Shown one piece after another: positions 50,157 to 62,771 of a DNA stretch of 64,000 nt. Position 1 is the first letter of the stretch. Each line of letters starts with the position of its first letter. A model generated the notes under the pieces. It searched no databases. It saw only the letters and a program-made list of their open reading frames with translations, and had not been told where the DNA came from. Source of the DNA: Cetorhinus maximus (Eukaryota); NCBI RefSeq assembly GCF_964194155.1, contig NC_135908.1:4774001-4838000 (forward strand), in the 5' to 3' direction. A program made the translations under genes and the position numbers.

Positions 50157-50292
50157 TTAAACAGGTCTGCAATCCACATCCTGCTTTTTGAATCTGACTG
50201 ATAATATCTCCCTGATGTTGGCGGCTCCACGTGTCGCTACTATGTGGTACAGGCTGCTATTCTGCTGATTGCTTCTCCTTTGTCTCCATTTC
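50157..50292 (-). CDS. NRG4: NRG4-like last coding exon (cytoplasmic tail)
   Basis: ctttcag|G KWRQRRSNQQNSSLYHIVATRGAANIREILSVRFKKQDVDCRPV*; phase 2 continuation with basic stop-transfer residues. Confidence 0.7.
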
Positions 50293-50411
50293 CTGAAAGT
50301 GCAAGAAACTGTGAATAATTCATGTGCCAAATACTCATTTTTAGCACTTGCTGCAAGCTGTGCAATTTTGCGAAGAGCAATTTGAATACCTTGCAGGGGG
50401 AGGGATTCACT

Positions 50412-50906
50412 TGAGCTAATGCTGTCCCTATTTTAACTCACACTAAGTCCCATCCACCCATCACCCCTGTGCTTGCTGACCCACACTGGCTCCTGCTCTG
50501 ACAACATCTCAATTTCATAATTCTCATCTCTATTTTCAAATCCCTCTGTGGCCTCTACTCCTCTCTGTCTCTGAAATCTCCTCTAGTCCTACAATCCTCT
50601 AAGACCTCTGCATTCCTCCAATTCTGGCCTCTTGAGCAGCCATGATTTTAAGCGCTCCACAATTGACTTTCTTGCCTTCGGTTACCTGGGCCCAAAATTC
50701 TGAAACTCCCTCCCTAAACCTCTCCAGCTCTCTGCTTCTCTCCCTTTAAGCTGCTTCTCCGACCTTCCTCTTTGACCAAGCTTTTGGTTGCCTATCCTAA
50801 TATCTGCCCAGTTAGCTCAGTGTCAAAATTCCTTTGATAACATTCCTGTGAAACATCTTGGGATGTTTCACTATATTGTAGGCACTATACAAATGCAACA
50901 TGTTGT
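50412..50906 (+). mobile_element. L2-type LINE 3' fragment
   Basis: cccatcacccctgtgcttgctgacccacactggctcc...ggcactatacaaatgcaa tail. Confidence 0.8.
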
Positions 50907-51084
50907 TTACACTACTTGTACCTCTGCGAGATGGCTATAGAGAATGGGGTGTGGCTTTTAAAGAGATGGCCGTGAGGAGAAAGTGAATGCAATCGTCTGG
51001 ATGCTGGGAGTGGGCATGATAGAGATTGCCTGTGATGTCTTCTCCCCACCATGGTGAAACACCAGCTGACACTCGGTGATCACT

Positions 51085-51518
51085 GGTAGTCCTCTTGAGT
51101 CGCAGTCAGAAGGCTATGGGTTCAGTCCCCATTCCAAGGACTTGCACACAAAATCCAGGCTGACACGCCCGCTGAGGGAGTGCTGCATGGTCGGATGTGC
51201 CACCTTTCAGATGAGACATTAAATTGAGGTCCCATCTGCCCTCTCAGGTGGACGTAAAAGCTCCCTTTCGAAGAAGGGCAGGGGAGTTCTCCCCCGGTGT
51301 CCTGACTAATATTTATCCCTCATCCAGTACATAAGCAGATTATGTAGTCATTTATTTCATTACGGTTTGTGGGAGCTTGCTGTGCACAAATAATCCACTG
51401 CGTTTCCTATATTGCAACAACACTTACAGCTCAAAAAGTACTTCACTGGCTGTACACCGCTTTGGGGCATTCTGAGGCTGAGAAAAGGCACTGTTTAAAT
51501 ACAAGGTCTCCTTTTTCT
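51085..51518 (+). mobile_element. DeuSINE-type SINE
   Basis: gtcagaaggctatgggttcag...gaagggcaggggagttctccccggtgtcctg...gtgggagcttgctgtgcacaaa. Confidence 0.8.
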
Positions 51519-51821
51519 GTCCACTTTAACGTACAAACAATGGCGATACAGAGAGGCACCAGAGAACCGATGGTCCCTTGGGACCAACCCCAGCAAATAT
51601 TCTCACCCACAAAAGAGGTGAAGGGAATTGAAGATTTGGAGGGGAGGGCAGAGCTGCTCATTTGGACGCAAGGTTTAAAAATGTTAGTAGGACATTTCCC
51701 AGCAGAAAAAAGCCAAGACCGCCTTCCCCTATCCTTCTCCCCTCCTCCCCATCCAACCCAGCCTGGCTGGTGCTTTCCTGTTGCCACGCCAAATCAATTG
51801 CAGTTCCTCAGGTCCACTTAC

Positions 51822-51974
51822 CTGCAGCAGAAGTGTGTTCCAATGATCACAGCTAAGGCAATAAGCAGAGTCATCACAATGGTAACAACCAGCGATGGAC
51901 TTATGGTCCTATCTGGCTTTTGGCTCTCAAGCAGGAACTCTTCACATCGGCTTCCTTTGAAGCTGTCATTACAC
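51822..51974 (-). CDS. NRG4: NRG4-like exon: EGF C-loop + transmembrane helix
   Basis: ccccag|G CNDSFKGSRCEEFLLESQKPDRTISPSLVVTIVMTLLIALAVIIGTHFCC AG|gtaagt. Confidence 0.9.
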
Positions 51975-52396
51975 CTGGGGAAAATAGGAAGATTAGGTGT
52001 GGATAACTGTCACGGTTAGTGTGATCTATCTGTATCAACCAACACCGTTCAATCGCCTGTCTCTGTTGAATGAGTTTATCTCAATGCTGAAGGGATCTTC
52101 CTGGAACATAGGAACTGGGTCAACTATTCAGCCCCTCAATCCTATTCCACCCTTCAATTAGATCATGGCTGATCTGTTTCTTAACTCCATTTGCCCACCT
52201 TAATTTCCAAACCCTTAACACCCTTGCGTAACAAATCTCAGTTTTGACATTTTCAATTGACCCTTCCAGTCTCAGCGGCCTTCTGAGAAGCTTATGTGTG
52301 ACAGGACAGAATTTGACTTAGATGTGACGACTTCCACAGTTGAATAACTCAATGCCAACCCCTGACACCGCCGCACCCCCCCCCCTCCAAAAAAAT

Positions 52397-52930
52397 CTTT
52401 CTGCCATCCACAAAGTACAAGTCAGGAGTGCAATGGAATACTCTCCACTTGCCAGGACGAGTGCAGCTCCCACAACACATGAGCACCCCAACGCCATTCA
52501 GGACAAAGCAGCCCACTTAATTGACACCATGTCCACCACATGAAACATTGACACCCTCCACCACCGACGTACAGTGGCAGCACGGCGTACCATCTACAAG
52601 ATGCACTGCAGCAGCACACCAAGGCTCCTTCAAAGCACATCGCAAACCGACATCCTTTACCACTTAGAAGGACAAGGGCAGCAAACACATGGAAGTTCCC
52701 CACCAAATCATATCCCATGCTGACTTAGAAATATATTGACGTCCCTTCACTGTAACTGGGTCAAAAATCCTGGAGCACCTGTCCCAACAGCACTCTGGGC
52801 GTACCTACACTCTTTGGACTAGTCTGCAGCAGTTCAGGAGGGTGGATCACCACCATTTTTCCTAAGGCAATTCGGGATGGGCAATAAATGCTGGCCTTGC
52901 CAGTGATGCCCATCATCTCTTGAACGAATT
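52397..52930 (+). mobile_element. HHLLKGN-family LINE fragment
   Basis: LSAIHKVQVRSAMEYSPLA...IQDKAAHLI. Confidence 0.85.
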
Positions 52931-53154
52931 CAAGGAAGACCTGGGCCACTTGATTTCTGTCCCATACAACGGGGAGAAGGAATAGGCTCTCATTCCATTG
53001 GTGAGAGCTGGATTTGTATTTGGGTGTTAATTCCTAAAGAGGGGGACCTCCTGCTGCACCCTTGATCTCCATGGAGCACCGTATCAGCTGTATGTGGTAA
53101 CTTGCTGGGGTCTTACTGTGATTCATTACACACCGAGGATTATAGTTGACTTAC

Positions 53155-53245
53155 CAGCAGAAAGGATTGGACGTTGTTAAAATGTAGCAGGTGCCTCCAT
53201 TAAGACAGTAGGAATTGTAGCTATTTGGGCAGAGCTCCCCATGTG
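53155..53245 (-). CDS. NRG4: NRG4-like exon: EGF domain A/B loops
   Basis: ctgttag|CA HGELCPNSYNSYCLNGGTCYILTTSNPFC TG|gtaagt; resembles human HEEPCGPSHKSFCLNGGLCYVIPTIPSPFC; convergent with FBXO22 as in human. Confidence 0.9.
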
Positions 53246-54189
53246 CTAACAGAGTTACAAGAGAAGAGTCAAAAATGGCTATTAGTGTACAAAATCTTTT
53301 TAAGAACAAACTATAGAATGAGACAAATGTTTACCTGTTACACTGCTATTGGGTATTTGATATTCCACAAAGGCTGAAATAGTTTACCAAACAGACATTG
53401 CGGCTGTTAAAGTTGCTTTTATACATGGTGCGTGTTTAATTCAAATTCCAAGAAACTTGGCCAGCTCTTGGTGCTTACACTACTAAAGCTGGTTCCCTTT
53501 TCCAGCAGTGGGAATATAGACCCACAAAAAGTGTTTGAGTCATCAGAGATACGGACTCCAGATCTGAGCAGTGTAAACAATAGGGGCTGGGCAACAGCCT
53601 CCTGGAATGTAATCTAAACAACCTACAGCCTTTATTAACCACTGATTCAACCTCAGCTGGATTACGTGTTCAATTATGGAACGCACACAGTAGGAAGGAT
53701 GCCAGTTCCTTGGGGAGGCTTCAGAAAAGGTTGACCAGAATGGCACTAGGGATGCCGGACTTCAGTTGTGTGGAGAGACTAGCAAAGTTGGGATTGTCCT
53801 CCATGGAGCAGAGAAGGATAAGGGGAGACCTAATTGAGATGTTCAAAATGATGAGGGGGTTTGATTGTAAGTAAGGAGAAGTTGTTTCCATTGGCAAGAG
53901 GGTCAGTAACTAGAGGACACAGATTTAAGTAATTGGCAAAGGAACTTGTGAGGAGATGAGGAAAGTTTTCTTTCACAGAGAGAATTGTCAGGCTAAAAAT
54001 TGACACTGAGCTAAAGAAGGAAAAAGATGATCAAAAACTTGATCAAATGGGCTAAATTTCAAACAAGACCTTAAAGGTAGATTTGTATTTCCACGACTCC
54101 TTTCATAACTCCAGGATTTTCAAAGGGCTGTACAGCCAATTAAATACTTTCAAAGTGTAGTCATTGTTTGAATGTAAGGACTAATGTAA

Positions 54190-54625
54190 CTCCAGGACAA
54201 AGCACCCTGCTTTTTTGGCACCCCATCTACCACAATTAAGTCACTCCCTCCAGCACCGACGCACAGTGGCAGCAGTGTGTGTACCATTTACAAGATGCAC
54301 TGCAGAAACTCACCAAGGCTCCTTCGACAGCATTTTCCAAACCCACGACCTCTATCATCTAGATGAACAAGGGCATGGGAACACCACCACCTGCAAGTCC
54401 CTCTCCAAGCCATACACCACCTTGACTTGGAAATATATCGGCCGTTCCTTCACTGTCGCTGGGTCAAAATCCCGGAACTCCTTCCCTAACAGCACTGTGG
54501 GTGTACCTACACCACATGGACTGCAGCGGTTCAAGAAGGCAGCTCACCACCACCTTCTCAAGGACAATTCAGGATGGACAATAAATGCTGGCCCAGCCAG
54601 CGACGCCCACATCCCATAACCAAAT
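54190..54625 (+). mobile_element. HHLLKGN-family LINE fragment
   Basis: HSLQHRRTVAAVC...AGSKSRNSFPNSTVGVPTPHGLQRFKKAAHHHLLK. Confidence 0.85.
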
Positions 54626-55904
54626 GAAAAATAAACAGAAGACGGAGAGACAAAGAGCCCAGTCAGCTGAGGCACAGCTGCCGATGGTGGAGTGAAGGAA
54701 GGGTACGAGGGGCCAGAGTTGGAGAAGTGCAGATATCTTGGAAAGCTGTCGGGCTGGAAAAGATTACAGAGATGGGCGAGGCCACCAACGGATTTGAACA
54801 TGAAGATGGGAATTTAAAATGATCGGCGTACGGAGATCAGAAACAACTGAAGGTCAGCGAGCATGGTGCTGAACGGGACAGTGCGAGTTAAAATACCGGC
54901 AGCAGAGTTTTGGATGAGTTTAAAACTATGGAGAGTGGGAGATGGGAGGCGGGCCAGGGGAGCATTGGAATAGTTAGGCATTTTATCAACCGTGCATGTT
55001 AACTATCCTATAATTAAACCTGACGCGTCTATCTCTTGATTCCTTCATGATATCCCAAAGGTAAATTGGGCCCAGTCCTTATGACCTGTTAACAAATAAT
55101 GGATGGATATATTTACCTGGCATTTGAAACTATTTGCCAAACTGGTCTCGTTTGGTGGCAGAGTGTTAGATTGCCAAAGGGCCCAGTTGGGAAACAGTTA
55201 ATATGATAGGGGTTCTTATCTTAAGATGATACAGAAACAAATGATAATATGTCAAATACTTGGAATGTCACATGTTGACAGTGACCAACCAGGTTCAGTC
55301 TAGTTGTCAAAGCAACTGACGTGTTTCGTTTCATATAAATATTACACCACCACCAGCAGCAACTCCCCAGAGAGTAGGGAGTCTCAGGAATGCGTTGCCA
55401 GCTAGTGCTGTGGGTCTGACTCTACCTTCACGTGGGAGCTGGACAGGTTCTTGACTGGGGTAGAGATTGCATCATATAGGGGTAAGTGGATTAGCAAATA
55501 CTGCACGCATGGTCATATGAGCTGCTGAGGTAGTGGGAGAGGAATTCTCCAGGTTACGCAAGGATGGTTAGAAGGTCCCCCAGTGAGTGACCCTGCACAA
55601 TCTCAGCGTTTTCCCTTGTGAGTAAATCGTCAGGTTCGCTTAGGATTGCTGACATAATGGGGAGTGGTCTAACTGGTATCCAACCCATGGTTCAGATGAC
55701 AATGGCTGTGAAATATGAAACAAGTTCCATTGTCCAGCATTGACATTCCTCACCATGCGAAGCCATAATGTGTCAAAGCAGCAAGAGTGAGGGGGGGGGA
55801 GCATAAAGTGAACAAAAATCCACTTTTTAGTTCAAGAAGAAAAACTTGCATTTATATTGCACTGCTTCTCATCTTCCAAGGCAGCACCGCAAATTTATGC
55901 GCAC

Positions 55905-56130
55905 ATTCCTGACTTGGAAACATATCACCGTTCCTTCGCTGGCTCAGTGAATTCGCTGGGTCAAAATCCTGGTACTCCCTCCCTAACAGCACTGTGGGTG
56001 TACCTGCACCACATGGACTGCAGCGGTTCAAGAAGGCGGCTCACCGCCACCTTCTCAAGGGCAACTAGTGATTGGCAATAAATGCTGGCCTGGCCAGCGA
56101 CGCCCACATCCCATGAATGAATATTAAAAA
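55905..56130 (+). mobile_element. HHLLKGN-family LINE 3' end
   Basis: cctgacttggaaacatatcaccgttcc...cccacatcccatgaatgaat. Confidence 0.85.
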
Positions 56131-56139
56131 GAAACCGAA

Positions 56140-56780
56140 GGGCAGGATTTTCAGCCCGGCGTGTGTGGGTGAAATAGCGCGCAATGGTGTCGGGCGAGTG
56201 TCCCGACGTTATCGTGCACTTGCGCGATATTTCGGTCGGCGGGCACGTGCAGGAGTTGGCAGTGTGCCCACCTACAATTCAGAGGGCTGTCAATTAATTA
56301 AAGTGAAATTTTCCCTGCCCGCCCAACCTGACAGCTGGCGAATCAGCCAAGCGGCCTTTGCATTTTTTTTGCGAAACCTCATCCACGGACGGGATGAGGT
56401 TTCAAACAATGATTTAAAAAAAACAATAAAAATTTTTAAACCTCTTTTCTAACATGTCCCTGCTCATGAGACAGAGTCACATGAGGGGACACGTTTTCCT
56501 TATTTTTGAAACCTTTATTTTTAATGTTCAACATCTTTAGCTCCCTGAGGCAGCTCTGTGCCTTCGGGGAGTTCTCACTGAGCGCACGCCTGGGCAGGCG
56601 CTGACTTCCGCAGCTCGCGCTTCTCCTGCACCCCCCCAGGCTATCAGCACGCGTCGCAGGCTGGACGGCCATTAATTGGGCAGCCAGTGTGAAATCGCGA
56701 TTGGGGCCCAATCACAGGAGGCGGACCATTGCGCAGCCACTCTTGAGCCCGCCTGCCCGACAAGGGGAAAATTCCTCCCC
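56140..56780. mobile_element. CpG-rich non-autonomous DNA transposon (PIF/Harbinger-like MITE) with internal hairpins
   Basis: Imperfect TIRs GGGCAGGATTTTC / GAAAATTCCTCCCC; flanks gaa / caa; perfect 12-bp hairpin at 56373-56403. Confidence 0.65.
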
Positions 56781-57972
56781 CAAGAACCACAAACAGCAAA
56801 CAAGATTCACTATTGGTTAATCGGTTTTCGGTGCTGTTGTTCAAAGGAGGAGTGTAAAGCTCCCTAATCTTCTACAACAAGTGTCAAGGATCTGCTACAT
56901 CCACTCTAGTAGTCAGACAATATAGTCTCGTCTGAAATACAGCACCTCTGGCAGTACAGGACTCCATCAGTACAGCAGAATCCTAGTAAGGGGTGTCCTT
57001 TTGACTCTGCATGTTACCAACCTGGCCAAGGTGACAGCATTTAAATCTTCACTTGTATTCTCTAGTTCATATGTATTAGTTCAACATATCTTACTGGTTC
57101 CTTTGGGGTGACGTTTACCATTTTGTTTCGAGTAATCAATAGATAAGCATGTTTGCATTTTGTTTAGAAGGGGAGAAGGAAAGGGTGTGATCACGGGTCA
57201 TAACTTTAGGTGGTTAGGAGTCAAAAGAAGAAAGACTTGCATTTACATAGCAGCTTTCACAATCTGAGGATATCCCTCAGCGCTTTACGGTCAGTGAAGT
57301 AATTTTGAAGGATTGTTGCGATGTAGGAAATGTGGTAGCCAATTTGCACACAGCAAGCTCCCCCAAACAACATTGAAATATGACCAGATAGTCCGTTTCT
57401 GGAGCAATGTTGGTTGCGGGATAAATATTGGCCAGGAGAGAACCTCGCTGTTTTGGGTTTAACATCACATCCAAAAGACAGGATGGGACGTTAAAAATAA
57501 AGAATCCAAAGTGCCAGCCAGCGACGACGTCTCCAGTAGAGAAGTGACAGGGAGCACAGGTTTATTTCTCTCTGTGCACCTCTGTCACTCTGAGCACTGC
57601 TTGAGGACACGAGTGGAGCTGGGGTGGAAATGCTTGGGTTGCAATTCAAACCGCTGAGGAGGAATAAGCCACACCAACGCTTTGCTGTTTAGACTCTGGG
57701 CAGATGACTGGCCTCTTGGGCAAGGTGCCACAGGAGATTTCGCCCTGTGAATCCGTGACCACCAAGGAGTCAGCACCTTGGGGAGGACGGGGAGAGAATT
57801 GCTTAAAAAAAAAGTTGCTTGACTGTAAGTACTTATAAGCAACTACACCAGATAACATGGGTAAGGCTGTGGTTTCCAATGGAGTTTGGAATTTCTTTGT
57901 TTTCTTTGGCAGGGTAGGAGGGAGGGGCACCATGCACATTCTCGCCCAACTAATCCTGATTCCATTCCTTAC

Positions 57973-58000
57973 CTGGCGTCACCATGTCACTGTGATCCAT
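57973..58000 (-). CDS. NRG4: NRG4-like first coding exon (exon 57973-58019; MDHSDMVTP)
   Basis: ttttgtag|gaagattatcgtggatcac ATG GAT CAC AGT GAC ATG GTG ACG CCA G|gtaagg; phase 1 like the human MPT-D exon. Confidence 0.7.
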
Positions 58001-58204
58001 GTGATCCACGATAATCTTCCTACAAAACAGGAGAAGATCAGTTTGAACCGTTAACCTGGTCCCGCTCGGTATTGCTGGCATCCTGTCAAACCACAGCAGT
58101 GATAGCAGGTCCACATTGAAAAGGAAGCACCAGTTAATAATCAGGCTGACACTTAATTGAAAGCCTTTGTCAATGTGTATTTTACATCAATGGAATCTAT
58201 TTAG

Positions 58205-58530
58205 GACACAACAACAACTTGCATTTAGATAGCACCTTTAAAGTAGTAAAACATCCCCAAAGTGCTTCACAGGAGGATTACCAAGCAAAATTTGACAGCA
58301 AGGAGGTGTTAGAACAGGTAGCCAAAAGCTTGGTGAAAGAGGTAGGTTTTGAGATGTCTTAAAGAAGTGGAGGTGGAGACGTTTAGGGAGGGATTCCAGG
58401 GTTTAGGGTCTAGGCTGCTGAAGGTACGGACGCCAGTGGTGGATCAATGAATGCGGGGATGTACAAGAGGCCAGAATTGCAGGAGTGCAGGGATCTGGAA
58501 GGGCTGGAGGAAATTACTGTCCAGAGATAT
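58205..58530 (-). mobile_element. L2-type LINE 3' fragment
   Basis: (caa)n cttgcatttagatagcacc... is the reverse of the 1-296 tail. Confidence 0.75.
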
Positions 58531-59065
58531 GGAGAAGCGAGATGATGAGGAACACGTAGCAGGGAGGTGGTGGCATAGTGGTATTGTCACTGGACTAGTA
58601 ATGCAGAGACCCCAGGAAACATGACAGCCAATTTGAACACAGCAAGGGTGCCACATACAGCAATGTGCTAATGACCAGGTGATCTGTTTTGTGTAATGTT
58701 AGATGTGGGATAAATATTAGCCAGGACTCCAGGGTGAACTAACTCTGCTTTGAAACACAGGGAGGGAAGACAGCCTCAAATTAATGTCTCATCTGAAAGA
58801 CGACACCTCCAACAGTGAAGCACTCCCTCAACACTCCGCTGAGGTGTCAACCTAGGTTTCTGGGCTCATGTCTTTGGAGTGGGACTTGAACCCATGACTG
58901 TCTGACTCAGAGACAAGTGTGTTTACAGCTGAGTTACAGCTGACAACTAACTTAGGGCAAATTAAGAATTGAACCAGAGATCTACTGGTGTGGCTTAGTA
59001 CAACACTGAGTGGAGCCTTTCCTCATTAGGAGCTCCATGTAACAGTCAATTGTTGTTTTGCAATT

Positions 59066-59340
59066 CAGCTGTAGCTCAGTGATTACACTACTGACTCAGA
59101 GGATTGTAGGCTTGAATCCCACTCCTGGACTTGAGCACAAATACCTCGGTTGACACTTCAGTGCAGTACTGAGGAAATACTGCACTGTCAGAGGCGCCAC
59201 CTTTCAGATGAGATGTCAAACCGAGGTCCCGTCTTCTGTCTCGGGTGGGCATAAAAGATCCCATGATGCTAGAGCAGGGGAGTTATCCCCGGTGCCCTGC
59301 CCAATATTTATCCCTCAATCAACATCGCAAAAACAGTTTA
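59066..59340 (+). mobile_element. DeuSINE-type SINE (5' half)
   Basis: gtagctcagt...cccactcctggacttgagcacaa...gagatgtcaaaccgagg...aaaagatcccatg. Confidence 0.75.
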
Positions 59341-59399
59341 TTACTTGTACTAACGAGTTATACATTGACATGTCTTAATGAAAGGCCCATTTTTAAAAA

Positions 59400-60200
59400 C
59401 TATTCATTCACAGGATGTGGGCTTCGCTGGCTGGGCCAGCATTTGTTGCCCATCCCTAGTTGCCCTTGAGAAGGTGGTGGTGAGCTGCCCTCTTGAACCG
59501 CTGCAGTCCATGTGGTGTAGGTACATCCACAGAGCTGTTAGGAAGGGTGTTCCAGGATTTTGACCCAGCGACAGTGAAGGAACGGCGATATATTTCCAAG
59601 TCAGGATGGTGAGTGACTTGGAGGGGAACTTCCATGTGGTGGTTTTCCCATGTGTCTGCTGCCCTTGTCCTTCTAGGTGGTAGCGGCCATGGGTTTGGAA
59701 GGTGCTGTCTAAGGAGCCTTGGTGAGTTCCTGCAGTGCACCTTGTAGATGGTACACACACTGCTGTTACTGTGCGTCAGTGGTGGAGGGAATGAATGTTT
59801 GTGGTTGTGGTGCCAGTCAAGTGGGCTGCTTTGTCCTGGACGGTGTTAAGCTTCTTGAGTGGTGTGGGAGCTTCACTCATCCAGGCAAGTGGGGAGTATT
59901 CCATCACACTCCTGACTTGTCCCTTGGACAGGCTTTGCGGAGTCAGGAAGTGAGTTACATGTCACAGAATTCCTAGCCTCTGACCTGCTCTTGTAGCCAC
60001 AGTATTTATGTGGCTAGTCCAGTTCAGTTTCAGGTCAATGGTAACCCCCAGGATGTTGATAGTGGGAGATTCAGTGATGGTAATGCCATTGAATGACAAG
60101 GGGCGATGGTTGGATTCTCTCTTGTTGGGGATGGTCATTGCCTGACACTTGTGTGGCACAAATGTTACTTGCCACTTGTCAGCCCAAGCCTGGATATTGT
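59400..60200 (-). mobile_element. HHLLKGN-family LINE fragment
   Basis: NIQAWADKWQVTFVPHKCQ...LNWTSHINTVATRAGQRLGIL and ...HHHLLKGN*. Confidence 0.9.
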
Positions 60201-61469
60201 CATTACACACTGATGTAAAGGTGATTTCCAAAGCATCATTGCCTGTTGGTGGGAGTTTGCTGTGTGCAAATTGGCTGCCACATTTTCTACATTACACTCA
60301 AAATTGTCTGTAAAGTGCTTTGGAACATCCTGTGAAAGGCACTACGTAAATGCAAGTCCTTTTTTTTTGCTTTTTTACATGTTTTCCTACTGTCAGAAGT
60401 AGAGCAGGCCCCTGACAAGCACCAGCTATCACATGGAGATGAATTCACCCATTTCACAGCGACAGAAATCGACACACAGACACCTTTGTGTAAGTTGCAC
60501 TTTTGTAACATGGCCAAACCTAAAATACAATAACAAATTTTCTGTACTTACTTTTAATGCAGTCCGCAGTCAGTGATTGCTCCTCTGCGCATTCATTGCC
60601 ATCGGCCCCAATATATATTCGGTCCTTGATTGTATCATTGCTGTATGGGAGTGTGCTGTGTGTGAAACCTATGTTCAGTTTTCCTCCAGGCAATTATAAT
60701 CAAAGAATGCACCAGTCTTGGTGGAGTGTCAAAAAGAGCTGAACACAAAATAACACATGGACTCCTTCGTCACATCATGATCCAACAAACTCTGAAAAAC
60801 AACTGACTTTCACTGACTTTGCCAGATCGCAAAGTCTCAGCTTGTTCTGGGAGGGCTTATACCTTTCTCCACTACTTCCTTGTTCCTGCATTCTTTAGAT
60901 TGGCTGATGGCCAGTGAGATGAGATTGCTGAAATTTCTTTCCCTTTCCTACCCATTTATTTGAGGGATGGGCAGAGAGGGCTGGTTTTAAAATTTTGCAA
61001 AATTTTAAAAACAATCACAAAAGAAAAGGCAGCGTGGGATATGCAGAGAACCCTCTCTCAAGAAAGACTTTTACCCAGGGCGATGGTGGTTATTTTGAAA
61101 TCACCTCTACATCAACATACTTCCATTAGACATGCCAATGTATAACTAGTTATTACATGTAACAACAGCTTGCATTCAGCATGTTTGTACAAAAACCACA
61201 GATAAACAAACTTATTTAATCCCTGCAAAGTTAGAATGTGAGGTTTTTTATAAACAGCAGGTAAAGATTATTAGGCCTGAAATATGCATCCCTTCCATAT
61301 ACCTTCTCACTGTGTCCCCCAATCCTCCCTTCTGACTCCAGAGATGTTCCTAATTTTTTTTGATCCCACTGTCAATCTCCAATTCAATAGCCTTCCCTGG
61401 TAAATTATTCCACAAGTGCAGGCACGAGTGGCAAAATGCTGGAGGTTCACCCACATGTTGCTATGTCCA

Positions 61470-61955
61470 TGCACAATAAAGCACACCACACCCCATGCAT
61501 AATACTCCACACACAATACGCCAGCCCCCACTCACACAATACTCCACACCCTCCACACAATACCTCACACCACAACACCCCCCACACAAAATAGCCCACA
61601 CACAATAACCCCCACCCTACGCACACAATACCCCACTCCCCACACACACAATACTTCACACATCCCACACAATACCCCACACCCAACACACACAATACCC
61701 CCCACACAATACCCCACTCCCCCCACACACACAGTACTTCACACCCCCCACACAATACCCAATACAAAATACCTCACCCCCCACACACAATAACCCCCAC
61801 CTCATGCGCACAATACCCCGCTCCCCCGACACAAAATACTCCACATACCCCACACCATATCCCAAACCCAACATGTACAATACCTCACAAGCAATAACCC
61901 CACACACAATACCCAATACCCAACATCCCACACACAATACCACACCCCACCCACA
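61470..61955. repeat. Degenerate CA-rich minisatellite (cacacaatacccc core)
   Basis: Repeated cacacaatac(c/t)cc every ~15-25 bp. Confidence 0.9.
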
Positions 61956-62771
61956 AAGCCACAGTCACTCACTCAATGCTCCACCCCATATGCCTTTATT
62001 CATGGTTTGTTAAAGCCATTTTGATTATCTGCTCATTTACCTCATTGCTGTTTGTGGGACCTCACTGTGTACAGATTGACTACCACGTTTCCCACATTGT
62101 GACAGTGACTGCAAAACTAACCCATTGGGGACGCCTTGAGTTCGTGAAAGGTGTTTCATAAATACCAAGTCCTTTGTTTTCTGAAAAGGCTCACTTACCT
62201 CTTCAACCAAGCTCCTGCTTACCTGCCCAAGTATCTTCTTGTTTCTACTACATTAAAGGTGTTAACTGAATGCAAGCTGTTGTTGTGTTTAGAATCTTTA
62301 ACCCAGGGCCGTCAGCTGGTATTCTCCCCTCTGTATTTTGGCAAATCATTAAAAAGCATTTTAATTCAGATTTGGGTGAGCCAGTGTCCCTGAGGCAGCG
62401 CCGGATAGTTTTGATGCTAAATCTGGTTTCCATTGTCTCTCTGCCATCGGTTTACCAAAGTTAGGTTCACCTGAACAAACAAGGAGCCAGATGCCCAGAA
62501 CGGGAATGAAAAGGCCAATGTGCATATGGATAGTGATTCGGCATCGGATTGGATAACGCCATTCGTTGTGGAGTTTGGTGGCAGGAGTTGGTCTCTGTAG
62601 GTGTACTGAGTCCCACTGTTTAATGCAGAGGCCCTGAGTGCAAACACAAAGGACGCCTGCCAACCCTTGTGTTCTTCCTGCTCCCACCATTATTGATAGA
62701 ACAGCCAAACTTAGCCAATGCGATATTTTTGTGGGTCATGATGCAATTGGTTTCTTGGACATCCAGCTGTT

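Noticed and set aside
51369-52019. 216-aa plus-strand ORF
   Set aside because: Starts in a DeuSINE and runs antisense over the NRG4 transmembrane exon; no coherent protein.
61307-61943. Cys/Val/Gly-rich minus-strand ORFs
   Set aside because: Translations of the CA-rich minisatellite and a decayed CR1 fragment.
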